Assembly: GCA_051362555.1 (NCBI GenBank)
Contig: CM120647.1
Coordinates: 9,858,001-9,922,000, forward strand
Source: Lingula anatina
Lineage: Eukaryota > Animalia > Brachiopoda
Reading direction: 5' to 3'
Length of the DNA stretch: 64,000 bases
Shown: one piece after another, positions 24,323-36,998 of the stretch
Layout: every line of letters starts with the position of its first letter
Position numbering within the stretch: the first letter of the stretch is position 1
Translations under genes and position numbers: made by a program
Notes under the pieces: generated by a model
The model's input: only the letters and a program-made list of their open reading frames with translations
Database searches by the model: none
What the model was told of the DNA's origin: nothing

Positions 24323-25267
24323 AGCAAAATAATTCTGAATAATGAAGACCATTCCTCCTCAATCAACTCAAAGAAAAAAAGAAGCACCCACCCCTCCACC
24401 CTAATTTAGGAAAGTGGATTCTGTTAAGAAAGATGTTCATAGAATCTTACAGTATAAAACAGTATAAAAATATACTTTAAAATCATATGGATGCAGTATG
24501 TGTAGATATCTGAAGCCCCTCTCCCACTGTAAAGTACTAGACAATACTGGACAATACTGGTGCACTTCTGCTGTCAGGCAGGTGCTTTATCTAACTTCTC
24601 AGCTCTGGTCTCCTCTTTCTATTAGTATTCAGGGCAGAAATTCTTCCTCCTCTTGGCTGTGTTCCACCTGTTTATTTGTGACAGAGGGTTAAGAAAATGT
24701 TGGTTTAGGTATGTCTGTAATTATCAAAAGAAATGGAGAAAATTTCACTATTATCAAACATTTTTTTTTTTTTAATTAATAAAAGCTGGTCCTTCCATGT
24801 CTTGGCAAGTTGTTAAAAATGGTTTTAAGTTTTGACCTTGGTCTTGAAATACATCAAACTGGGGGTGGGGGGGGGGAGTGCAGGAATGACATCATTCTAA
24901 ACTTGTTCAGAACTCCACAAAGAGAAAAAATGGCAAAAGTGACCAGCTGGTTAGACTATTTTATCCAGATACTGATCTGCTATATAGTCAGTCCACAGAG
25001 AGAGAAAAACCGGAACAGATGCAGTAAACTGACCTTTTATTTCTCTTTAAGAGAGATTTCAAATATATTTGGAATTGAAGATTACTGTCATTTTCCCTGG
25101 AATATACTGATAGAGTCTGTTAATGTCTCATCTTTAGTCATTAAAATCCCATTGTATTAGGGTAACCTTCACAGGATGTGTGTATTGTATTTGAAGCACT
25201 TTGCCAGCTTGTGTCTGGGTAGCCACTCTTGCCGTTTCAGAAGTACATGTATACTTAGTCATACTTA

Positions 25268-25481
25268 GGGGGCATTCCCATAGGTTTTAGATTGATCTAT
25301 CCCCATGGGGAGTCTCACTAGATTACTGTCAGATAATCTGGCTTAAATGTCCGTCTTGCCTACTACAAGCTGTAAGGGGGTAATTAACTTTCGTGCCCGC
25401 TCGGCTGACGGCTATTTAGCATGAACCCCCAGGGAGTTAGGTCGATCTAGTTGGATCGATCTAATCTCTGGGAATGGGGTC
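25268..25481. mobile_element. Fold-back MITE, PIF/Harbinger (Tourist)-like
   Basis: Imperfect TIRs GGGGGCATTCCCA...TTAGATTGATC / GATCGATCTAATCTCTGGGAATGGGGTC, flanked by TTA on both sides. Confidence 0.65.
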
Positions 25482-27225
25482 TTAGTCACATCTTTTTCTG
25501 AGCCTGTCTTCCCCAATAAAACTTTTTTTTTGGCCTACAGGCTCTTCCTGGGGTAAAACGTCTTCTGACCTGAAGCAGAAAATGGTGGCCAGAAACTGAA
25601 CAAATTTATGAAATTTAAGATAATTTTAAAGCATTTTTAAGCTGTCTTATGGTGGCTTTAAGGGTGAGGACAGTAAGGTTACAAGCTAGTTTTTAAAATT
25701 ATCAAGCAGATTTAGTGTCTTACCTGGCTTTGATATAGCAACTAACAGATTAAATGTGAATTGCTGTTCAAGACTTTATTATTTATTGGGTACTAGCAAA
25801 ATAAGTATATAAATGGATAAAAAATAAGTAAATTATAAATAAAGCTGAAGTTAAAACCTCATTCTATTTTACTAGTATTCTGTTTAAATAAAATGTGTTA
25901 ACTTCAGATAAGTTAATAAATAAAATTAATTAAATATTGATAAATGTAAAAATAAATAAATAAAAAGAAATGAAAAAGATTTTAAACATGAGCTTCAAAA
26001 TAAGCTCAAGTTAGAACAACTCATTCCATTGTAGCTATTCAAAATGTCTTAACTTCAGATGTATTGATTCATTTTCTCCTTGCTTAGCAGAATGCAACCC
26101 AATTAAGATTTCTAAAAAAAAAGAAGCTGGCACACGATTTATCACATTAGGTTAATTTGTAATCTTATTATGATTGAGGGAAATCAGGGTTTTTTATCAT
26201 TATTTCCACTGTTTTCTCTTTCTGCTATTATAAATCAAATAAAGGCTGTATCAGATTACTAAATATAGATGAATTACAGATTGAAAATGACCATTATCCA
26301 GTCTAGCAATCATAAAGAATATTGCTTTATCATTGCATAGGAAAGATGAAAATAGATAAACAAAGGAGATTGGAAATGCGATCACGAAGAAGAAAAAAAA
26401 AGGCTTGAAAACAAGCAGTTTCTTTGACAGTTTGGTTTAGCGGGTCCTGTCCCTGTATCTAGGCACTATCCAGAGAATTTAGTGCTTGGCAGAAAGCCCA
26501 CAAATTATAAAGCAAGTTAGATTAAATCAATTTCAAATTATGAAATTAAAGGAACAGCAGAAATTGAGTCTATGATCAGGATGCAAAGTGAATTTTGCGT
26601 CATTGGCTGTTATGTCCTGTGTCAAAAAGCAATTTATCTGGATTTTGTCAAGTCAATAAATAATAGTGCCTGGTGACATGTTGATTTTTTATTTTCCTTT
26701 TTTTTTTTTGGGGGGGGGGGGTTTAAAATATTGGAACAATTGTTTTGCTTGGAAATATTGGCTATGAAATAAAAAAGAAAAAAAAATACAAAAAAAATAG
26801 GACTCAAGTACTCAGGGTGAGATGATCTCCTTAGGCTTTTCACACACCAGAATTGACTGACTAAAAAGTGTTAAATCCACACCCAGACACTTACACTGTG
26901 AAAAACACACAAGAAAAAAATACAACCAATTAAAGAGACCACTCTCCCTAAAAAACTGGCTGACCAAAAGCTGTAGGGTATTTTGCTAAGAATATAATCC
27001 TGTTGAAATACAAGACTGTTTCCCTACCGTGTTGTTTTATCTGAACGCTGCAAGGATGGTGAAGTACTAGACACAACATTGGTTTTGCCAAGGGCAGTCA
27101 AACAATCATTTACTAACTGTGCAGAAGAGGTCAGAACCCAGACAAATATTTAGCCTTTTTTTTTCTTTTTGTATCTGTCTGTCTTTTTCTATTTATTTTT
27201 GATTTGTGTGTCCTGTAGCCTACAC

Positions 27226-27301
<76 letters not shown>

Positions 27302-29239
27302 CACACATTAATGAACAACTTATCCATTAAACATTGAACACCCTCCACAATAAATAAATAAATAAATAAATAAATGATAAAAAGCAAACAATGTTGTATC
27401 TATTTTCTTGTATTTCTGCCCACCACTTCAAGCTGTCAATCCCAACATTTTAGGGCACACACACAGACCTCAGCATTGATATTTAGCATGGGATTCTGCC
27501 AACCTTATCTCTATGCTCTGACTGATCCACACTTTAACAAATGCAACATATGAGAATTGCTTCCATAGAGACGGTATGGATTGACTGAACATGTTTCTAA
27601 AGTGATATTTTGATGTTCATCCCAATTCTCAGCTGTGAATGGATCAGCTGGTTGTAAGAAAAATATTGGCATCTTTCTGCTGGCTAAGGGTTAGAATACA
27701 GGATGGGATAGGCTTATGGTGGATGTATTGTTAGTGTAAAATTCTCCTAGAAAAATATGCCTGTCTGTCTGCCTTTCTACTTGTGTTGTGTATCTGTCTG
27801 TCTAATTAACCAGCTGTTTGTCTCTGTCTGTCTGTCTGTCTGTCTGTCTGATCATTCACATTTGTCTGTCTGTCATTTTCTGCCTTTCTGCCTGTCTGTC
27901 TGTCTGTCTGACACTTTCTGTCTGTTTGTCTGTCTGCATTTCTTGTATTTTATTTACCCCTTTCATTGCATTGTTTATTCGTCCATTTATTCTTTCATTC
28001 AATCAGAATATCTGAATAGCCTTCATGTTCTATCATTAGAACCAGAAGACATAGACTGTGCATACATGTACATAAAAACAGTGAAAATGGCTCCCTCTAG
28101 GTTTCTGGCAGTGACATGTGAACGGTGGTCTAATAGCATGTATCACACTGTCGGGGAGATTTTTACAGCGAGAAACATACATTTACTCTTCTAGAACACC
28201 ACATCGAGGTGGCTGGGAGCTTGTAACAACCTTCCTCCGCACACTTTATGCTCTCTGCTGGTTTTATTGATCGTTGTTATGGAAACTGCCAAGGGAGCCT
28301 TGATGGCCGACAATCAGAAAGGAATTTATGTCTTAGATGATGTTTTAGTGGCAGTGTTTGCATGTCTGTTTGTCTGATGGTAATTTGGCCATGGAAGAAA
28401 AAGGCTTTCAAGTGTACTAGTCTAGAAACGGGGGTTTCTTGGATTCAATTTTCCTTTTTGAAATTGGGTTCTTGCTTTGGTTAGGCTGAGAAGGTATTTT
28501 TTTGGCAAAATCAAATTTCTTTTTATTAATAAGGCATTACTGTGTCTTGTGAGTGTCAGTGAGAGTTAATATTTATGTCAGTCAGTTGGCAGATTATTCT
28601 GTCTTTGAAAAATATGATCATTAAATTTGGTGGTAAATGCCAAATGAGAGCCAAGGATAAGAAAACTGAATGGAATTCAGTGTTTTTATCTCAATATTGA
28701 AGCACTACTAGTATCTCTTTTAATGATAATGACATTGAGGACGTCTTTATCTTGGTCTACTGATTTTCTTTTCCACAAAGCGAAGACAATAATCTCATTA
28801 ATAGACGTATTATTCCACAAACCCATCTACCTCTTGCAACAGAATAGATTATAATTTCTGGAAAGGCCGAATCAATAAATTGGCGATTGCAACAACGTTT
28901 AGAAAAAATTTTCCACGATGGCCATTTAGATAGTCTGTATGCGTTTAGGGGGGCCCCTGGGGTTTCCAGGAATTTTCCTAGGACTTTGGGCATTTAACTT
29001 CCATAGAGAGGGAAATTACAGCTTTTAGCCATTTCATTATGATTAGTGCCTCTCGTTGTTATGATAAGCGGGCCGCGCTGCAGCATTTAATTACCTGGCT
29101 TTAATGGTGATTGATTGATTTAGATGAACACAGTCAAGTGAGGTTGTTTGACCAGACAGTGTTGAGATGGAGAGAGTTGGATGAGATGGGGGGGGGGGGG
29201 GGTTAATGTGTGTGTGCGTGTGTGTGTGTGTGTGTGTGA

Positions 29240-29317
<78 letters not shown>

Positions 29318-29448
29318 GCCATAAAATAAATATAGTATGATTTGTGGGGAATCCAGTACCCTGTAAAAGCTTGTTCTTAACCAGTTTCAGACACTCTCTC
29401 TATCTCTCTTTCTCTCCCCCCTCCCCACCCCCACCCCCACACACACAC

Positions 29449-29493
<45 letters not shown>

Positions 29494-29830
29494 ATTTTTG
29501 GCAGGTATGATAACAGTCCTAGTACCTCACCCCAGACAGCAGGCCAGTTATCCAGAAGCTAAATTGCTACTGTCTGTGGACAACATAACTGGACATGTTA
29601 GCAATCATTTCCCCAGCAGGTGAAATATTCTTCAGACAGAGCCATACCTGTAGATTTCTAAGAAGATTGAGAAGATGAACGACTGTAACTGACAACTGTA
29701 TGCCTTGATTGAGTACCTGCTGTGAACACACCTGAGTTTGAAATTTTCTGAGAGACCTGAGAATTTTTATAGAGAATTGAAAGGAATATATGGCTGTTCT
29801 GGCATGGTAGTTTTTATTTGATAGTGTATA

Positions 29831-30112
29831 TGGCCCTATTCAGAATAGATGATCCCAGTACTAACTGATTCGCCACCCAAATATGGCTGACCATACCTCA
29901 AAAGAGATGCTGCCGATTCTCGATGATCTCTCCGCCTTTACACACGTCATTGCTACAGGGGCCTAGTAATTAAACCTCAAAGCCGAGATATAAGCCGTTT
30001 TAAGGCGCGTGTGGAGACCATCAGGAATCAGCGGTATCTCTTTTGAAATGTGGTCGGCCATATTTAGTTGGCGGATCAGTTATTGCTCTGATCATCTATT
30101 CTGAGTGGGGCT
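29831..30112. mobile_element. Fold-back MITE, Harbinger-like
   Basis: ~100-bp imperfect inverted arms: GGCCCTATTCAGAATAGATGATC...AAATATGGCTGACCA / TGGTCGGCCATATTT...GATCATCTATTCTGAGTGGGGC. Confidence 0.75.
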
Positions 30113-32603
30113 CATGTTTTTTGTATGTGTTCAGTTTGCATAGATGATGATTGATATGCTGAGGTAACTTCTGAAAAATACATTTATTTCCTCCATGATA
30201 TATTTTCATAAGTGGTAATTACTTGGTTTCTGTGACAGCTACAGGCATAATCTGTGTATTCATACATTCCCTTAAGAAGGTTACTGAACAGGTTATGAAA
30301 TTTAGGAGAACAGTTACAGACTGCAACATTAACAATGACCCCATGCCAAATACTAGTAAAATTGAAACCAGGCCAGTCAATTTGTGTCAATTTGTTCAGT
30401 TCATGGCCGTTATTTTAGCTCTGGACCAGCAGATTCTTTGACTCCCAATAAACTGGGCTAAAAGTGAAAGTGTTTGGCAAAGACCTGTAGTGACTCTGAT
30501 GGTATTTGTAAACTTAAGACACTATCAAAGTAAATTATTAACCTCATAAAGCTGAAGGTGCAATGGGGGTTTAAAGTTACTCAGTCTGTCCACCCCATAA
30601 GCCATATGCAATACTGTTCAGAACCGTACCAACAAAAGTAAAAACCAGTTTTTCAGAGAACACCAGATACTGGCATTGCTTTATATGAAATTAATCTTTC
30701 AATGGGCACTGGAAGAATATACCATAGCATGTAATGTAGCCAACTATGATGATGTAAGGTGGACTATATGGAAGTTGAGTTAGCTCAGGGTCTAAGACCT
30801 TGGCCAACTTTTAACCCGAGCCTGTCAAGAAGCTGAACCCTAATGCCCACATGAATCCAATTTGTTGCCCAGCAGGGCATAGACAGCAGGGGAAATTATG
30901 TTATGCCATATATAAAAACAGAAGTGCTGTTAACTGTTTATAGCCTTGGGGATATTCATGCATTTTTGGTGATGCGGTCTAACCTAATATCTGTCAAAGC
31001 AATAAGATATAAATTGTAAATATAATCGTTTTCAAATGTGTGAGTATGCATGTGAGTGTGTGCGTGCACACAGTTGTGTGTATATTTATTATAAAAAATT
31101 TTACAGAAAAATGTTACTGTATTCAAAGAATTTGTTTGGATATATTGATATATAGTGCAAAACTGGCATGAGCGTAAGGGTTACAGTAATCTTCTGCTCT
31201 TTCTATAATATTTGACTCTAAGCCAATAAAATATACAGAATGTTATCTGATGGGAGGATGAAGGAGGAAAAAGGACCTACAGGGGAACAGGTTAACTAAA
31301 AAGGGTTTTAAATGGAATACAAAAAGTGGACAGCTTTCCTGCTATTACTAGAGGAATGGGCCAAACTGCAGATTATTGGTGGAATCACAATAAACCAAGC
31401 GCCTTGATATAACAGTTTGATTCTGGCATTCAGCATTCCTCATTTATTTATTTATTGCTTGAGCTAGTATTTAAAAAAATTCAACCGAGTCCGTTCCTGT
31501 AAGAGCCAGTTGGAGTGTACAGAGAAAAAAAAAGTAAGAAAAATTACCGGAAGTGCTATGAAGTTATTCGTAGAATATGTACAATGTATGTGCATGTCGC
31601 ACCTGTCTTATGTGCATTGATTTGATCAAATTGACCAGAGTGGGACAAAGCTGCTCTAACCACAATCATTTATTTGCTCGGTTTGAGCTGATGATTGCCT
31701 GTCTAACTCAGAGTCCTTATTTTTTCTCCTCTTATTAACACGCTACTGGATTGAAAAAATACTATACCGAGATGGCATTTGTAAGTATCACATTGCCAGT
31801 GCTGTATTGGCATTGCATAGAAATGTCATCTATTCTGTGGAAAGCATTGTATTAGTGAACATTAGATGTTTTATGCAAGATTTTCGTACTTTTTAAGTAG
31901 GTTAGGAAAGTGAGTAGTGAATGTGCCTATTTATTTTTTTATTTTTTTTAGGGGAGGTGTCAGAAAAAAGTAAATGAATAAAATGAAATAAAAAAAAATT
32001 TTTTTAAAGATTTATACAAAAAAATTTCATCATACATTGGGTACCATGGCTTACAGCAGTTGTCAGGACAAAAATTCACAATTTTAGACATATGTTCGAT
32101 CCAAATATATTGTGGTGTGAACAGCACTTAACCCAGCAGGCAAATAGAATGGACACGAACAGGAAATTGGTCATCAGTGAACGGGAAGTCTAAAACCAAC
32201 AACCAAGCACGCTTCCCTGTTTTCTGATGCATAGATTTGCTAAGCAGGGATGAGCTTTATTATAAAGAGAGAGGCAAAAGAGATATATTGCCTGTTTCTT
32301 GTCTAGTTTTCTATTTTTCTATTTTTTTTTTTTTTTCTGTTTACAATTTTTTAAAATTTATTTATTTTTTGATATTTTCATAACTTATGATACTTTTGTT
32401 GATTGCTTTTCCTCACATTAACTGTACCCACAGCATCTTGTAGAGCAATCAGCTGAAGGGATTGTAACCCTGACCTCATTCTGGAAAACCATTTAAGCCG
32501 TTCACCAAATTCTATGGCCACGTACTAAATTCTGCCAACTATCTGAACTACAGAAACGTTCCTGGCACCCCCCTGTCAGCAAACTAAAGTACATACTTCT
32601 ACT

Positions 32604-32825
32604 GCCAATTCACCTGTCCACAGATAATGACGTGCATGCGTGGCTAACCCATTTCTGCTAGTCCCATGTGCATACCTATTTGCAGTGACATACGTGCGCA
32701 CTCAACTCATTCCCGCTGGTCGCATGTGGTTGTGCATGCGTCACTGGAAATAGGCATGCACGCACGACCAACAGAAATTGGTTACCTGCACATGCGCATC
32801 ATTAACTGTTGAAAGGTGAATTGAC
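32604..32825. mobile_element. Near-fully palindromic MITE
   Basis: GCCAATTCACCTGTCCACAGATAATGA... / ...TCATTAACTGTTGAAAGGTGAATTGAC; arms pair over ~100 nt. Confidence 0.7.
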
Positions 32826-33756
32826 TCCCACAGGCTGTCATTACTGCAATAGATTGATAGCGACAAAAGGAGTAATTATACAGCAAGGAAATGCCACATG
32901 CTTGGTTTCATTGACTGCTTACAGAACATCCACAGAGTTCAAGCAACAATTGCCAGAGTTTGTGGTTAGCTAAATGAACGTCATGAAACATGGACAGAAC
33001 ACTTAAGAGCTTCAATCTACTTTTTATTCAGAAAGTGTCTAATACTTGCAAGCTTGAGGAGGCAGGTGGTTGATTGCAATATTCTAAGTCAATGTGCAGT
33101 TCTTTTCAAAATGGCTATAAGTCATATATTGTGTTGACTCTGTAACAGAAATGATATGGAGGTTTTTTTTTTTTTTTTTTTTGCAAGTGTATTGTCAGCT
33201 TAATAAAACAGCCAGTAGACTTCATTAGACCATACAGAGACCTGTGGTACAATCTGCATGAAGACCTACAATAAATTTTTTAAGCATGCAAAGTTGTGTG
33301 TGCAAGCACTCTCTTCGTAGTCTTGTAATCCAATTTCTCTAACATGTAAACGTTGGATGAGCCTCGTTGGTTTTAATGGCCAGTAAAACACTCTCTCAAT
33401 CTAATAACCGTATTTAATTGAAGATATTTGCCCTTTGTTGTCCTTCGTTAAGTGCTGTTGTGGTAAATTGAGTTCAAACGGGAGAAAAAACACATTTATG
33501 TATCTCTGGGGTCCTGATGGACCGTGCAGTTGTTATTGTGTTTTCCTAGAACCAAGGTCCTAAAGCACCTGCCTCATGAAAATTACCAGTAAAGAAGTTG
33601 TTCAGGCCCATTGCCCGGCTAGGGAAGGAGAGGGGGGTACTTATTACTACACACCCTTTTGGCCAAGTACAATGATCTAGATCAAATCAAAATTTGATCT
33701 AGATAATAGGTCATCTTTCATTCAGTGTAAAAATTTGTTGCTAAGTTTTTTTTAAT

Positions 33757-33911
33757 GGGCCTATACTTACCACTAACAGATCCGTGTATCAAATATGGCC
33801 GATTCACTTGAAAACTTGGCGCATAATCCCTTAATAGACAAGGAGGGGGATTACACAGTGAGCTTTCAAGTGGGGCGGCCATATTTTTTGCCTTGATTGT
33901 GAGTGCAGCCT
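33757..33911. mobile_element. Fold-back MITE, same family as 36814 and 60268
   Basis: CTAACAGATCCGTGTATCAAATATGGCCGA...CTTGAAA / TTTCAAGTGGGGCGGCCATATTT. Confidence 0.6.
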
Positions 33912-36813
33912 AGGATGTTTTTATGTTGATTTAAGGTTTGGAAAGAAAGAAGGAAAGACAGGCTGACAGACAGACAGACAGACATTCGGATAGACAGTGG
34001 ACAGTGGAGTTTTAAAGAAATAAAAGAGAATTCAGGGGAATAGAAAGGTAGCAGCCAGAAGAGAGAAACACAGAAAGAATGAAATGTTATTGTGAGAAGA
34101 AACTGATGGATATAAAATGAACAGACAAGCTCAGGGGACAGACAAATAAAAAGACAGACGCACAGCAGTTTAAAAGAAATGAAAGAACTAAAAAGTCAAC
34201 AGAAAAAGCGATAAACAAGAAAAGGAAAAGAGAGAAAAGAGAGGAAAAAAAGATTATATGAGGAAAAAATGAAAAATCAATGTGCATTTGAACCCTCTTA
34301 GAAAGTCCCCAGATCAGTGTTGCTTCTTGTTTCCCTCATTGGCGAGGGGTTTAGCCTAGAAGCACAGGATCTCTGGCAATCCTGGCTTCGATTACCTACC
34401 ATTGTGACACATAATCAATTTTGTGTGGTCGAGGTTTGCAGGGTTTACGTATTTGTTGGAAGGCAGCGTTCACAAAGGTCCCCATTTAGAGAACATCAGA
34501 CCCGATCCAGATTCGTTCATTCATCTTCACACTATTCTTCATTAAGGCTGTACCTGACACACTGGAAAATAAGGATAACGAAAAACAATATTTTGGTTGA
34601 TTCAGAAGAAAATTTAAACTCAAAAATATTTAAAGCATTTATAGTATATTCCATTTAAAGTACACCTGACCCTCATGTAGATCCAATCTGAAAAAGTAAA
34701 GTGCTGAGATTTAAGAAATTAAGAAAAATGTCCAAAACGATCCATTAGGAGCATATATGACTCTACACAATATTAAAAATTAGAATAAAAAATTGCTAGA
34801 TAAATGCTAAATTAAGATATATGTGATAATGATAACAATGGTAATGGGTCAGTAATATATATTTTTTGTTCAAACAGGATGGAATATAACAAACAAATGA
34901 AACGACTTTCCTGTAAGATTTACTCACAGCTCTGCTTTTGCATTCAGAGTAAAAAAAAAAAAAAAAAAAAGGAAAATGGAGGCAATACACACATTTGTGA
35001 ATGTAAACATCCCAGCTATAACTGGAGTTCTGTGGAAACATACATCATGATTAGGTAAATATACTGTCAGCAGAGGAGATCAGTACCTGCTATAAGATGT
35101 ACTGTGCTCTCTGCCTTGCTTCATTTTCTCAGTCTGTCAGCTGATTCAGAAGTGGATATTTTTGATTCATGGCCCCAGAAGGATCAGCTACATCATATTT
35201 TTGTGCTAAGAAGGAGGAAGAAGGAAATTTTTTTTTTTAAATCAGCCTTGTAAAATACTAAATGAAATCATTGCCAGTAAAGTTGAATAGGAGCATTTTT
35301 TCCTTCCAGAATAATGAATAACTTGTATTTTCCTCTCTTGAGTACAAGTCTTCTCTTCGAATTGATTTTGCCCTGTGGTAATATGGTGACCATGATAAAG
35401 TGATCTTTTCAATGGGGAAAAATAACCAATCTTTCATATATATATATTACATTCAAGTCATTGAAAATGTATTCCTGATTGACATTTGAGATGTTTTTTA
35501 CTGTATAGGAAATAGAACTATAAGGAAGCTTGCTTTTGAAGTTTGTTACTGCCACTCAGTGGGAATATTATGCTCTAATTTTGAGAATTTATGGTTGAAA
35601 AAATACACTATCTGTCAAAATTCATGATTTTCCCCATTGAAAAGATTGAGTCAATATCGCACATATCTCCATGCTCTGGCTCTTGGAAACTATCCCATTA
35701 CTGGTTCATATCCAAGGTAAAAATATTCTGACCAGTATTTATTATGATAGGCCATGCCGAAAAAAAAGCACCGCATTTTTATTTTAAGGACTACTGTAAG
35801 GATTTATGAAAATTTTTTGCATGTTTGCAAGAAGGGATCTCACCATGGGAATGAGGGCTGGAGACTTTCTTGCAAACTTCCAGCAAACCTTTAATGTTCC
35901 TGCAAATTTGCAGCAAATGTAATTTGTCCTTGCGACAACCTGCAAACAGTTTCTTGCAAACTGTTAAGTTTGTGACAAATTTACTGCAAATTTGCAGCAG
36001 TGTTGCTGCATACATAAATTGTTGCTGAGGGGACTGTTAAAATCATACCATGAAAACAACATCATATCGAGTCAGTCAAGACTGACCCTTAATAGCCCTC
36101 CATAGATGTGCTAATAATACAGAGAAAAAAAAAACTCAAATAAACAGAACTTGCGGGTCATTTGAGGGCTTTTTGTTTACCAGGAATTTGTTTGGATAAT
36201 TGCCAGGAGAGAGAGAATTCCCAGGAATTCCTGATAATATGACTATATTATGGACGTACTTGTTGATACAGAGTTGATAAAATGACGGTGCTCATAATGG
36301 GGAGATCGAATTACCTAACGTCTTATTGACAATAAAATAGCACCTGTTAACAATTGCTGTCTGTTTTGAATAATAGGAAGAATACTAGTACTTGTTAGTG
36401 CATAGAGCTGGCAAGTACCGAATTTTCTGGGAAATTGTTTCAGTGCTTTTTCGTAATGCTTATAGCTGTAGCATTGTGTACATAGGAAAATAATTATTTA
36501 TTTATTGTAATAGGAGGAAGGAGTTTTGGTCCATTTATCATTTGTGTAAAATTTATCATTTTTTTTTTATTTAGATAATATGTCAAAAAGGAAAATGATG
36601 TTAAATGGAAACTCGACTCATGAGAGGAAATCATTATGTCACGATGATGAATAGAAGATTGCCTGGAATTTTCTTTCAATATTTCATATTCTGACATTGA
36701 CTTGGAGATGCCTGCTCCTGGGAATTATAAATTACATCACCACACAGACTGTATGACTAACTGTACAGACCAAGGTTAAGTTAACATTAAACTATACTGA
36801 ACTTCACATAATA

Positions 36814-36998
36814 GACCGCATTCCCAACAGCAGACTAACAGATCCGTGGATCAAATATGGCGACACACTAAAAAGCTTGCTGTTTAATTCCTGATTAGAC
36901 ACTGAATAGATTCCCCATGGGGATTAGGCAACGAGCATTCAAGTGGGTCAGCCATATTTGAACCGTGGATCTATTAGTCCGTTGTTCTGAATGTGCTC
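36814..36998. mobile_element. Fold-back MITE, Harbinger-like
   Basis: GACTAACAGATCCGTGGATCAAATATGGC / GCCATATTTGAACCGTGGATCTATTAGTC; internal TTCCCCATGGGGA. Confidence 0.7.
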
